Below are positions 9,302 through 18,633 of a stretch of 64,000 nt of DNA, piece by piece (positions within the stretch are counted from its first letter, which is position 1; each line of letters begins with the position of its first letter). Under the pieces are notes generated by a model that saw only the letters and a list, made by a program, of their open reading frames with translations, had not been told where the DNA came from and searched no databases. The stretch comes from Longimicrobiales bacterium. GTDB taxonomy: Bacteria; Gemmatimonadota; Gemmatimonadetes; Longimicrobiales; Gaopeijiaceae. Position numbers and translations under genes: made by a program. The DNA lies in NCBI GenBank assembly GCA_965202805.1, contig OZ241869.1, positions 3,584,001-3,648,000 on the forward strand. The letters are read 5' to 3'.

Positions 9302-9937
9302 ATGAACCCGCAGCTCACCGAGCGCCTGATCTGTCCGCGTTGCGGTCCCGGCTTCGGCCTGGTGCTGCGTGCGGACCAGGTAGAGGAGGGAAGCGTGATC
9401 GACGGCTTTCTGGGCTGCTCCAACTGCCGGGTGCTCTATCCGGTAGCGCGAGGCGTCGCCGATCTTCGTCATCCCCCGCGCTCCCGGACCCATGGACGCG
9501 TGCGCGGCGTCCGTCCGCCGCCGCCGGACGCCTCCGCTGCCGAGACGCTGCGCCTTGCCGCGCTGATCGGCGTGGCCCGGGGTCCCGCGTCGATCGCGGT
9601 CGCCGGGAACCTGGCCGGCCGCGCGTCCGGGCTTGCGTCCCTGCTTCCCGATGTGGAGGTGGTGGCGCTGGCCCCGCGGTTCGACTTCCGTCCTCCTCCC
9701 GGGGCGAGCCATCTCATGGCGTCAGAACGGCTGCCGCTGCGCGACGGGTCGCTGGCTGGCATCGCGCTCACCGGGTCCTGGGCCGAACTTCTGCTCGACG
9801 ACGCAGCGCGATGCCTGGCGCGCCCGGGGCGGATCGTCCTTATGGGTGCGTCTCCCGAGGGCGAGCAGGCGTTTCGCAGCCTGGGCCTCGAGGTGCTGGC
9901 GAGCGAGGAGGGCGTGCTGGTGGGACGCCTCGACTAG
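9302..9937 (+). CDS. Trm112-like Zn-finger domain plus degenerate methyltransferase-like domain
   Basis: LICPRC...GFLGCSNCRVLYPV..GVADL; C-terminal LPLRDGS..ARCLARPGRIV resembles class I MTase motifs. Confidence 0.65.
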   Translation: MNPQLTERLICPRCGPGFGLVLRADQVEEGSVIDGFLGCSNCRVLYPVARGVADLRHPPRSRTHGRVRGVRPPPPDASAAETLRLAALIGVARGPASIAVAGNLAGRASGLASLLPDVEVVALAPRFDFRPPPGASHLMASERLPLRDGSLAGIALTGSWAELLLDDAARCLARPGRIVLMGASPEGEQAFRSLGLEVLASEEGVLVGRLD

Positions 9938-10036
9938 CGGCGGACGGTGTTTGCTTCCCACCTCGACTGCGGGTAGTTTTCGCAGCCACTCGCACTTCCC
10001 GATCCCCGTCCTCCATCCCCCGCACCGACGTACGAA

Positions 10037-10477
10037 ATGGGTTGGATCAAAGGTCTTTTCCGGGGCTCCGGCCCGGACAAGACAGACTACCATGACGATG
10101 CGCGCGCTCTCGTCGAGGAGGGCAGGTATCAGGACGCGCTGAACTCCTTCAACCTCGCCCTGAAGGAGTCTCCCGGCGACCCGATCATCCTGCAGGAAAT
10201 CGCCATGGTCTACACCCGGATCGGGATGTCGGACGAGGCGGCGAAGACCTATCGCCACGTGTTGCGCAAGCATCCGGATACGGCCGGGGCTCACTACGGG
10301 CTCGGCTTTCTGCTGCGGCGTGCCGGACAGAAGAGGGCCGCCGTCGATCACCTCAGCACGTTCCTCGCCAACCCTCCCCGGGGACCCGAGTACGAGCAGC
10401 ACATCTCTCATGCGCGCAGCACACTGGCGACGCTGAAGCGTGAACTGGAGCAGGGGGTTGCCGATGGGGATGGATAG
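10037..10477 (+). CDS. Tetratricopeptide repeat protein
   Basis: TPR-like helices (GRYQDAL..., AHYGLGFLL). Confidence 0.85.
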   Translation: MGWIKGLFRGSGPDKTDYHDDARALVEEGRYQDALNSFNLALKESPGDPIILQEIAMVYTRIGMSDEAAKTYRHVLRKHPDTAGAHYGLGFLLRRAGQKRAAVDHLSTFLANPPRGPEYEQHISHARSTLATLKRELEQGVADGDG

Positions 10478-10907
10478 GGAAGTTCGCCTCTCCTGGCTGG
10501 GCACGGGCCGGGCCTACGAGGGGCGGTCCGGGGTTGGCGATCCGGCCGTCACCATCGATGGGGACGGCGCCCGCGGGCCTTCTCCCATGGACACGCTGCT
10601 GCTGGGCGTCGCGGCGTGCATGGGGATCGACATCCAGGAGATTCTGCGCAAGTCGCGGGTGCCGCTCGGGGAACTGGACTTCGTCGTCCGGGGCTCTCGC
10701 GCGGAAGATCATCCCCGCCGCTACACCCGCATCGACCTGGACGTCGCCGTCTCCGGACCCCGACCCGGGGACGCCGCGCGGGTCGAGCGCGCGGTCGAGC
10801 TGTCGCGCGACAAGTATTGCAGCGCCCTCAACTCGCTGCGCACCGACATCCGGGTCACGACCCGCATCCGGAACCGGACGCCGGCTGCCGTGCCGGGGGT
10901 GTCGTGA
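10464..10907 (+). CDS. OsmC/YhfA family protein
   Basis: GPSPMDTLLLGVAACMGID...AVELSRDKYCS. Confidence 0.9.
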   Translation: MGMDREVRLSWLGTGRAYEGRSGVGDPAVTIDGDGARGPSPMDTLLLGVAACMGIDIQEILRKSRVPLGELDFVVRGSRAEDHPRRYTRIDLDVAVSGPRPGDAARVERAVELSRDKYCSALNSLRTDIRVTTRIRNRTPAAVPGVS

Positions 10908-12709
10908 GTTCCGCCACGCTCACCAGCCTGTTTCTCGAGGCGGTCGAGCGATTCGGCGGCGCAACCGCGCTGAGGGCTCCGAATGCCGACCTGACCTGGT
11001 CGCGGATCTCGTATGACGAGGTGTTCCGAACCACCAGGGCGGCGGCCAGCGGGCTGCGGGCCCTCGGGATCGGGCGGGGCGAGGCTGCGGCCATCCTTTC
11101 CGCCAACCGCCCCGAGTGGGCGGTCGCCGACTACGCCTGCCTGTGCGTTGGCGTCCGCGACGTCCCCATCTATCCCAGCCTCACCGCGCCCCAGATCGCC
11201 TACATCCTGCAGGATTCGGGCGCCCGGGCCGTCTTCGCCGAGGACGATGTCCAGCTCGCGAAGCTCCTGGAGATTCGGGACCAGTGCCCCGAACTCCGCC
11301 ATATCATCGTCTTCGATGCCCCCGCCGAAATGCCCGCAGGCACCGTGGCATGGCGGGATTTCGTGCAGCTCGATCCCCTCGGCCTGAGCGACGAGGCGTT
11401 TCGGGAGGAAGCGCTCGCCGCGCGGCCCGAGTCGGTCGCCACGATCCTCTATACGTCGGGCACGACCGGGAACCCGAAGGGCGTGCTGCTCACGCATGCC
11501 AACGTCGGGTCCAACGTGCAGGTCTGCCGCACGCTGCTCGATGTCTCCGACACCGACAGCACGCTCAGCTTCCTGCCCCTGTCGCACGTCTTCCAGCGCA
11601 CGGTGGACTACGTCTTCTTCAACGTCGGGTGCACCATCGCGTATGCGCGCGACATGACGACCGTGGCCGAGGATCTGAAGATCGTCCGCCCGACCGTGGC
11701 CGTCTCGGTTCCCCGGCTGTACGAACGGGTGTACAACGCGGTGACCGGGGCGACGGGCGTGAAGGGGCTGCTGGTGGGCTGGGCTACGTCGGTGGGGCTC
11801 GCGTACGCCGACGCGGTGCTGGAAGGGGGCGATCCGGGGTGGTGGACGCGAACCCGCAAGGCCGTGGCCGACAGGCTGGTGTTCAGCAAGCTGCGCGCGG
11901 CGGTCGGCGGACGGCTGCGTTTCTTCGTAAGCGGCGGCGCGCCCCTTGCGCCCGGAATCAACAGGTTCTTCTTCGCCGCGGGGCTTCAGATCCTCGAGGG
12001 ATACGGGCTGACGGAGACCAGCCCGGTCACCAACGTGAACACCTTCGAGAACTTCCGCATCGGCACGGTCGGCAAGGCGGTGCCGGGGACGGAGATCCGC
12101 ATCGCCTCCGACGGCGAGATCTGCATTCGCGGGCCGCAGGTCATGAAGGGATACCTCAACCGGCCCGAGGAGACCGCCGAGGTCATCGACGAGGAGGGGT
12201 GGTTCAAGACCGGCGACATCGGCGAGCTCGACGACGACGGCTTCCTCCGCATCACCGACCGCAAGAAGGACATCATCGTGACCGCGGGCGGCAAGAACAT
12301 CGCGCCGCAGCCGATCGAGAATGATGTCAAGCTCGATCCGTACATCGAGCAGGCGGTCATGGTGGGCGACCGGCGCCCCTTCCCGTCGCTCCTGGTGGTG
12401 CCCGACTTCGAGCAGCTGAACCAGTGGGCCGCCGCGAGCGAGATCGACGCGTCGGACCCCGGGGCGCTGCTCCGCGACGGGAGATGCCAGGAGTTCCTGG
12501 GGGGCAGGGTCAAGGCATCGCTGGCGAGTCTGGCCAGCTTCGAGACGCCCAAGAAGACAGCCTTCCTGGCGACGACGTTCACGATCGAGGACGGGACGCT
12601 GACCCCGACCCAGAAGGTCCGGCGGCGGAACGTGGAGGAGCGCTACGGCGCGCTCATCGAGTCGCTGTACGACAAAGCGAACGTCGACCGCGACTGGTTC
12701 GCGGGCTGA
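10904..12709 (+). CDS. Long-chain fatty acid-CoA ligase (AMP-dependent synthetase)
   Basis: YTSGTTGNPKG AMP motif, EGYGLTETS, GWFKTGDIG, ITDRKKD; GTGA overlap with upstream stop. Confidence 0.95.
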   Translation: MSSATLTSLFLEAVERFGGATALRAPNADLTWSRISYDEVFRTTRAAASGLRALGIGRGEAAAILSANRPEWAVADYACLCVGVRDVPIYPSLTAPQIAYILQDSGARAVFAEDDVQLAKLLEIRDQCPELRHIIVFDAPAEMPAGTVAWRDFVQLDPLGLSDEAFREEALAARPESVATILYTSGTTGNPKGVLLTHANVGSNVQVCRTLLDVSDTDSTLSFLPLSHVFQRTVDYVFFNVGCTIAYARDMTTVAEDLKIVRPTVAVSVPRLYERVYNAVTGATGVKGLLVGWATSVGLAYADAVLEGGDPGWWTRTRKAVADRLVFSKLRAAVGGRLRFFVSGGAPLAPGINRFFFAAGLQILEGYGLTETSPVTNVNTFENFRIGTVGKAVPGTEIRIASDGEICIRGPQVMKGYLNRPEETAEVIDEEGWFKTGDIGELDDDGFLRITDRKKDIIVTAGGKNIAPQPIENDVKLDPYIEQAVMVGDRRPFPSLLVVPDFEQLNQWAAASEIDASDPGALLRDGRCQEFLGGRVKASLASLASFETPKKTAFLATTFTIEDGTLTPTQKVRRRNVEERYGALIESLYDKANVDRDWFAG

Positions 12710-12740
12710 GCGGGCGCTCCGCGAGTCACGGGAGCTTCGG

Positions 12741-13094
12741 GTGTCGGATGCGCACAGGGTGGTGCTGGTTTCCACGCCGGGAGCCGAAGCCGGACGGCAG
12801 CTGGCCCGCGTCCTCGTCGAGGAACGGCTGGCGGCCTGCGGGAGCGTGGTGCCGGCGGTGACGTCGGTGTACCGCTGGCAGGGCGCGGTGGAGGAGGAGG
12901 AAGAGGCGCTGGTGGTGCTCAAGACGGCGGCCGACCGGGTCGCGGCGCTGACGCGGCGGACGCGCGAGCTCCACCCCCACGAAGTCCCCGAGATCCTCGC
13001 TCTTCCCGTCTCGGCCGGCAATCCCGGATATCTGGAATGGGTGATCGAGGAGACGCGCGCCGCGCCCTCCGGGGGCGCCGAAGCGCAGACCTGA
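12741..13094 (+). CDS. cutA: Divalent-cation tolerance protein CutA
   Basis: LVEERLAAC...SVYRWQG..E.EE...KT...LHPHEVPEI. Confidence 0.92.
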   Translation: MSDAHRVVLVSTPGAEAGRQLARVLVEERLAACGSVVPAVTSVYRWQGAVEEEEEALVVLKTAADRVAALTRRTRELHPHEVPEILALPVSAGNPGYLEWVIEETRAAPSGGAEAQT

Positions 13095-13123
13095 TGGACA
13101 GGCTTCCCCGCGTGGCCCATATT
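13095..13123 (+). promoter_or_regulatory. Putative sigma70 promoter
   Basis: TGGACA-N17-CATATT upstream of the small ORF at 13189. Confidence 0.45.
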
Positions 13124-13188
13124 GGTGCCTGCGTCGGGGGGTTCACCTCCCGCTTCACGAACTTCAAACCGCTCGCGCGAGGGGCAAC

Positions 13189-13335
13189 ATGAGCTGGGTG
13201 CCTGGCGGCTACATCTTCACCCACGTGGTCTTCTGGGGCGTGGTGGCGCTGGTCGCAGTGGGGACCAACGCGGTCGCGATCATGATGGTCACCGGTCTGA
13301 TGCTCCTTCTGGTGCCGGAGTCGCTCAGGCGCTGA
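13189..13335 (+). CDS. Small (48 aa) hydrophobic membrane protein, absent from the ORF track
   Basis: MSWVPGGYIFTHVVFWGVVALVAVGTNAVAIMMVTGLMLLLVPESLRR; GAGGGG upstream; fills the cutA-13358 gap. Confidence 0.55.
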   Translation: MSWVPGGYIFTHVVFWGVVALVAVGTNAVAIMMVTGLMLLLVPESLRR

Positions 13336-13357
13336 GTACGCCCCGGAGGAGAGACGA

Positions 13358-13591
13358 ATGCTGCTGAAGATACTGGGCGGCGTGCTCGCGCTCGCACTCG
13401 GGATCTTTCTGGGGCTCTCCTTCGGCAGCGGTCCCACGGTGGAAGAGGTCGAAGAGCGAATGGGGAAGAACCTTCCCCGGGAGCGGGCCACCCGCCACTT
13501 CACCTTCCTCGGCCTGATGCAGAAGAAGCAGCAGCGGGGGTCGCACCGGCGCCGTCAGAGGACCCGCGGGCCGTTCGACCTGTCCAGGTAG
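13358..13591 (+). CDS. Small membrane-anchored hypothetical protein (77 aa)
   Basis: GGAGGAG RBS, N-terminal TM helix, basic tail. Confidence 0.7.
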   Translation: MLLKILGGVLALALGIFLGLSFGSGPTVEEVEERMGKNLPRERATRHFTFLGLMQKKQQRGSHRRRQRTRGPFDLSR

Positions 13592-13640
13592 GCCGAAACA
13601 TCCGCCGCCTGCGCGCGGCCTCTCCGTCGCGGCCCACCCC

Positions 13641-13730
13641 GTCGTACCGCGAGCTTCCCGGGCGCCGCGCGTCGTACCGCGAGCTTCCCGGGCGCCGCGC
13701 GTCGCACCGCGAGACTTCCCGGGCGCCGCC
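13641..13730. repeat. Tandem repeat, ~30 bp x3
   Basis: GTCGTACCGCGAGCTTCCCGGGCGCCGCGC twice exactly, then a third degenerate copy, between convergent genes. Confidence 0.9.
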
Positions 13731-15298
13731 TATCCCACCAGCCGGGTGACGAGCACCAGCACGGTGCCGATGATGCCCCCGAGCACGTAGCCCAGGCGCA
13801 CGATCAGCTTCAGTTCCCGCTCGGTCACGCGGCGCACGATCTGTTCCATGCGCGCGGCGGGAAACGCCAGCACCTTCTCCTCGACGCGCCGCGCCACGTC
13901 GATCTGCCGAACCACCGCGGGCACCTGGGCCTGCAGCCACTCCCAGACCGGCGCGCTCAATCCCTGCTTGAGGCGATCGGCCGCACCGTCGGGGAGCCAG
14001 CGCGCGGGCACTCCGATGGGGCGGTCGAGGACGGTGTCGACGAGTTGGCGGGCCGTGCCGTCGATCAGCCGGGCGGCGCCGTCGCTGCGGGCGAGCGAGA
14101 CCAGCCCGCCCGCGATCGAAGCGGGAGGCACGCGCTCCAGCACCTCGCCCCAGCTGCGCGCTCCGGCTTCGTGCAGGGCGGCCTCGAGCTTTCCCACCAG
14201 GAAGCTGCGTGTGGCGGGATCGCGCGCGGTCGAGGCCACCCAGTCGGCCACCGTCCGGCGCGCCGCCACCACGCTCTCGCTGTCGGCCTCGCCCAGCACC
14301 ATGTGGACGGGACGGCGCAGGAAGTCGACGACCGCGTCGTTGATGCCGCGCGACATGGCCGCCTGGACCGCGGGATCCTTCAGCATGCGCGCGATCTGTT
14401 CCGCCCCCTCCTCACGGATCGCGTCCAGCACCCGTTCGACGGTGTCCTCGGTGATCACCAGGCGCGCCACCACCCGCTGGTGGAAGCGCAGGTCGCGCAG
14501 GAAGCGCTGCAACAGGTCGTTGATGCCCCGTTCGAAGCGGGCCCGCGCCCGATCGTCCTCGAGCAGGGAGCCGAGTCGGGCGATCGCCAGCGGCAGGTAG
14601 TTTGCGAGCCCCCGTTCGAACGCGGCCACCATTCCGGGCGGAATCGTCTGCTCGAAGGTCTTTTCGGGAGAGAGCAGCGAGCGGGCCGCCGAGGACAGGT
14701 AGTCGTCCACCGCCCGGTAGAAGCCGTCGCTACCTAGCGTGCCCTCCATCCATCCGTCGAGCGCGGACGCCAGCGCGGCGCTGCGGGCGGGCGTGAGCGC
14801 CCCGCCGATGGGCACGTCCGAGAGGGCTTCCACGATCGATCCGGCGCGGTCCGCGACCGCCCGTTCGAACTCCTCCGAGTCGAGCCAGGCCGCGATCTGC
14901 TCGCGTGCCCTGTCCGCCGAATGGTGCAGCGCCGATTCCACCTCGGGCAGGATCGACTCCGGCAGCATCTCGCGGATGGAACCGCGCTCCTCCAGGAGCA
15001 GCACGTCCACGAACTCGCCCAGGCGCCGGTCGAAGGCGCGCCGGAACTCTTCGTCGGCGAACGTCCGCTCCAGGTCGGATTCGGTGAGCAGACGGTTTCC
15101 GACCGTTCGGCCGACGGCCGCCGCCAGGCGCGGCTGGTTCTTGGGGATGGCGCCCTGCAGGAAACCGATCTTCCGGCCTCGGACGCGCAACGGCTCGTAC
15201 GGGTGGAAGAGCATCCAGATCGCGACCGAGTTGGTCAGCCCGCCCGCCAGCGCACCGAAGGCGATGGTGAGCAGCGGGGCGATCAGGTTCTCGAGCAA
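13730..15298 (-). CDS. DUF445 family membrane protein
   Basis: GGLTN.VAIWMLF.P...GAIPK at N-terminus; ELKLIVRLGYVLGGIIG at C-terminus. Confidence 0.88.
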   Translation of the reverse strand: MLENLIAPLLTIAFGALAGGLTNSVAIWMLFHPYEPLRVRGRKIGFLQGAIPKNQPRLAAAVGRTVGNRLLTESDLERTFADEEFRRAFDRRLGEFVDVLLLEERGSIREMLPESILPEVESALHHSADRAREQIAAWLDSEEFERAVADRAGSIVEALSDVPIGGALTPARSAALASALDGWMEGTLGSDGFYRAVDDYLSSAARSLLSPEKTFEQTIPPGMVAAFERGLANYLPLAIARLGSLLEDDRARARFERGINDLLQRFLRDLRFHQRVVARLVITEDTVERVLDAIREEGAEQIARMLKDPAVQAAMSRGINDAVVDFLRRPVHMVLGEADSESVVAARRTVADWVASTARDPATRSFLVGKLEAALHEAGARSWGEVLERVPPASIAGGLVSLARSDGAARLIDGTARQLVDTVLDRPIGVPARWLPDGAADRLKQGLSAPVWEWLQAQVPAVVRQIDVARRVEEKVLAFPAARMEQIVRRVTERELKLIVRLGYVLGGIIGTVLVLVTRLVG

Positions 15299-15311
15299 GG
15301 GGTAATGCGCC

Positions 15312-16256
15312 TCAGGGTGCGCGATGGTAGAGGACGCCGCGCACGCGATAGGGGATGGTCTCGATCGTCATCGAGCCTTCCACTTCGGAGATGGCGATCA
15401 GGGGCAGCTGCGGACCCGGCCCCTCCCCGGCCTCCACGTGCGTGCTCATGGCCTCGATTCTACCCGTTATTTCGGCGTCGGGCGACTGGAAGCGCCACGC
15501 GACCGGCACGTCGCGGCGGGCGGGCTCGAACGCCCTCGAGCGGGTTGCCGTCACGACCAGGTCCGGCCAGTCGAAGTTGCGCGCGCGCAGCGTACCCCAT
15601 CCCTGGAAGGTGGAGTCGGCGGCCGCGTCGAAGGGGCCTCGCAGAAACACATGGATGTCCTCGGAGATGAGGAACGCCCAGTTTCCGGGTGTCGCGTCCG
15701 AGGCCTGCCGGGCGAAGGAGATGTCGACCAGCGTCCCCGCCACGGCGGTCTCGGAGAGAAGGGTCGAGGCTTCCCTCACCTGGACCAGTTCGCCGGGACG
15801 ACTGCTCCATCCCGCCAGCGCGTCCCCGAGCCACATCTCAAGCTCCCGCCCGGCGCTGCGGTAGAGAAGCGCGGTCAGAGCGTCCCGTTCCGCCACGATG
15901 ATGCGGATGCCCTCGTGCGGGATGATGCGCCACGGAGCCCGGGTCGCGGGGGTCTCCCAGGAGGACCGGAAGAAGGCGTCCCACACCCCTCCGCGCGCCA
16001 GCGAGATGCGCGCCTCCCTGTCGACGGCGTCCTCGCGCGTGTCCGCGGAGAACGACCAGGCAACCACCAGCGGGGTTTCGTCCTCTAACGCGAAGAAGGC
16101 CAGGTGGCGCTCGTAGCGGTTTCCCGCGAGCGAATCCGGCGGGGCGAGAGCGGGATCCTCGACCCGGTCGCTGGCGGGGCTCCCGGGCTCGCCGGCGCAC
16201 GCCACGGTCAGCATGAGCGCCACGGCCGGCAGAACCGTCGGAGGAAGGCGATTCAT
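15312..16256 (-). CDS. Hypothetical lipoprotein
   Basis: MNRLPP...LTVAC lipobox; beta-rich body; start moved from 16388. Confidence 0.7.
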   Translation of the reverse strand: MNRLPPTVLPAVALMLTVACAGEPGSPASDRVEDPALAPPDSLAGNRYERHLAFFALEDETPLVVAWSFSADTREDAVDREARISLARGGVWDAFFRSSWETPATRAPWRIIPHEGIRIIVAERDALTALLYRSAGRELEMWLGDALAGWSSRPGELVQVREASTLLSETAVAGTLVDISFARQASDATPGNWAFLISEDIHVFLRGPFDAAADSTFQGWGTLRARNFDWPDLVVTATRSRAFEPARRDVPVAWRFQSPDAEITGRIEAMSTHVEAGEGPGPQLPLIAISEVEGSMTIETIPYRVRGVLYHRAP

Positions 16257-16377
16257 GTTCCGGCGACCCCGGGACCCGAGCTTGACGTAACGCGGTCTCG
16301 ACCACCACGTTGCCGCCCGGGACGAGCCCGATCTCCCTTCAGGACGCCCATCCATCCCCTCCTCAGAGTAGATACCC

Positions 16378-17658
16378 ATGGAATACAATCCCGACCTTCC
16401 CTTCTACAAGCGGCTGCACTGGCAGGTCCTTGCGGCGATGATCCTGGGTTCGGTCGTCGGAGTCACCTTCGGCGAAGCCGGCGCCGAGGCGATCGGCTGG
16501 ATCGGCGAACTGTTCATGCGCCTGCTGAGGATGATCATCGTCCCGCTCGTGCTCACGTCGATCGTATCCGGAGTCGCGTCGGTGGGCGGAGGCCGGGCCG
16601 TCGGCCGCCTGTTCGGCAAAACGCTGGGATACTACGTGGTGTCCAGTTTCCTGGCGGCCTCGGTGGGGCTCCTGATGGTCAACCTCATCCGGCCGGGTGT
16701 GGGGTCCAACATCGTCGAGGCCTCCAACGATCCGATGCTGGTCGACACGCCGGACTCGTTCATCCAGCTGATCCTCGACATCGTGCCGATCAACTTCGTC
16801 GGTGCAGCCGGAACCGGGGACATGCTGGCGATCATCTTCTTCTGCATCGTCTTCGGCGCCGCCATCACGACCCTGCCGGAACGCCCCCGCGTCATCGTCA
16901 CCGACATCTTCGACGCCTTCTTCAAGGCGATGATGGCGCTCACGTCCGGCATCATCAAGCTGCTGCCGATCGGCGTCCTGGCGCTCATCACGAGGATGGT
17001 GGGCACGACCGGTTTCGACGCGTTCGGCACCCTGGCCAAGTACATCGCGACGCTCGCCTCGGGGTTGACGATTCACCTCTTCATCACGCTGCCGCTGCTG
17101 CTGTACTTCGGAGGACGTCTGGCGTCCGGGCGCCCCATCTCTCCGATCGTGCACTTTCGCAACATGCTCGAGCCGCTCCTGGTCGCCTTCTCGACCAGCT
17201 CGTCGGGCGCGACGCTTCCGGTCACGATCAAGACCGTCCGCGAGAAGGTGGGCGTATCGAACAAGGTGTCGTCCTTCGTGCTGCCCATGGGCGCCACGGT
17301 GAACATGGACGGAACGGCGGTCTTCGAATGCGTCGGGGCCCTTTTCATCGCCCAGGCTCTGGGCGCCGACCTCAGCTTCATGACGCAGGCCACGGTCGTA
17401 CTGACCGCGCTTCTCGCCTCCATCGGAGCGGCTGCGGTGCCCTCGGCCGGCCTCGTGGTCATCTTCATCGTGCTCGAGGCCATCGGGCTCGGCGGGAACG
17501 CGGATGCCGCCCTGATCGTCGGGGCCATGCTCGCGATCGACCGCCCGCTGGACATGGCGCGTACGGCGGTCAACGTCTACAGCGATTCGTGCGGCGCCGC
17601 CATCATCGCGCGCTCGGAGGGTGAAGAACACGTAGATGCCCAGGTCGCCGTCGGATGA
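16378..17658 (+). CDS. Dicarboxylate/amino acid:cation symporter (DAACS)
   Basis: AFSTSSSGATLP, PMGATVNMDG, DRPLDMART. Confidence 0.95.
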   Translation: MEYNPDLPFYKRLHWQVLAAMILGSVVGVTFGEAGAEAIGWIGELFMRLLRMIIVPLVLTSIVSGVASVGGGRAVGRLFGKTLGYYVVSSFLAASVGLLMVNLIRPGVGSNIVEASNDPMLVDTPDSFIQLILDIVPINFVGAAGTGDMLAIIFFCIVFGAAITTLPERPRVIVTDIFDAFFKAMMALTSGIIKLLPIGVLALITRMVGTTGFDAFGTLAKYIATLASGLTIHLFITLPLLLYFGGRLASGRPISPIVHFRNMLEPLLVAFSTSSSGATLPVTIKTVREKVGVSNKVSSFVLPMGATVNMDGTAVFECVGALFIAQALGADLSFMTQATVVLTALLASIGAAAVPSAGLVVIFIVLEAIGLGGNADAALIVGAMLAIDRPLDMARTAVNVYSDSCGAAIIARSEGEEHVDAQVAVG

Positions 17659-17683
17659 TGCCGACCGGCCGCCGCCGACCCGG

Positions 17684-18499
17684 CTAGCGCCGCTTCCCCC
17701 GACTTCCGGCGCGTCGGACCCGGGAGCGGGATCCCCGTCCCCGTCCGCGGCGGGCGGATGCCCGGTTGCCGTCGGCGGCGCGGGGCTCGGCGTCGGGCGC
17801 GGTGACTGCGGCGGCGGGCGGCCTGAGGGCCGATCCGTCCCTTCCGCGGTAGCCGGCACGACGGCTCGGACCGCGGCCTCGCCGGCGGGCATGGGCGCGT
17901 CGAGAACGGGGTCCTCGCCCGCGGCCGTGTCGCCTGGGCTCCCGGGAACCCGGTCGGCTGATCCCCGGCCCATCGCCATCGCTTTCGACAACGGATCCGG
18001 CGACTTCCACGGATGCGGAATCATCCGCCGGGGGCTCGGCGTCCCCGCCGGCGTCCGCGGGGAAGGACTCCTCGCGAACCGGAGCCGGAGGCGTCCGGGA
18101 CCTGGTGACCTTCCGGTCCAGCGCGGCGACGAACGCGCCGATCAGCCGCGTGTTGCTGCCGAAGTCACCCAGCCGCCTGGAGCGCGAAGTCGAATGGAGG
18201 TCCACCCGCGTCTGCGCCTGCGCGTCGAGTGCGATGCGGATCGTCACGTCGCTCGCGCGGCGGGAGACGTACCCCCGCGCAAGGGCCTGGATGACGCCTT
18301 CCTCCTCGTCCCACCAGCGGGCATGCCAGCGCGGCAGGTCGCCTCGAACGAGGTCGAGAGCCGCATCCCATACACGAGAGAAGGGGATGGCATAGGTGCG
18401 GCCCACGAGACGCCGGTCGGCGGCGTCGGCCGATGTTCGGGCGGTAGTCGCCGAAAGCGCGCGCCTGAGACGACCTGTGATAGAGAGTTCCTGGCTCAG
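17684..18499 (-). CDS. DUF1499-like domain protein with low-complexity C-terminal tail
   Basis: RTYAIPFSRVW...DV.IRI.LD...TRVD.HS.SR.RLGDFGSNTR; frame open upstream to a CTG at 18499 preceded by GGAGGG (track start GTG 18406). Confidence 0.7.
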   Translation of the reverse strand: MSQELSITGRLRRALSATTARTSADAADRRLVGRTYAIPFSRVWDAALDLVRGDLPRWHARWWDEEEGVIQALARGYVSRRASDVTIRIALDAQAQTRVDLHSTSRSRRLGDFGSNTRLIGAFVAALDRKVTRSRTPPAPVREESFPADAGGDAEPPADDSASVEVAGSVVESDGDGPGISRPGSREPRRHGRGRGPRSRRAHARRRGRGPSRRAGYRGRDGSALRPPAAAVTAPDAEPRAADGNRASARRGRGRGSRSRVRRAGSRGKRR

Positions 18500-18633
18500 C
18501 CTGTCCCTCCTGGGAGGCCCGGTTCACGAAACAGATGCACCCCGCAACGCATAATCTTAAGTTGGCGCGCGCATGATTTCCATTCAACCATCCGGTTCCA
18601 CGGAATTCGGCAACCCCTTCACCGGATTACTGC

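Noticed and set aside
13641..13730. Possible CRISPR array
   Set aside because: Repeats are head-to-tail with no spacers, and no cas genes are present
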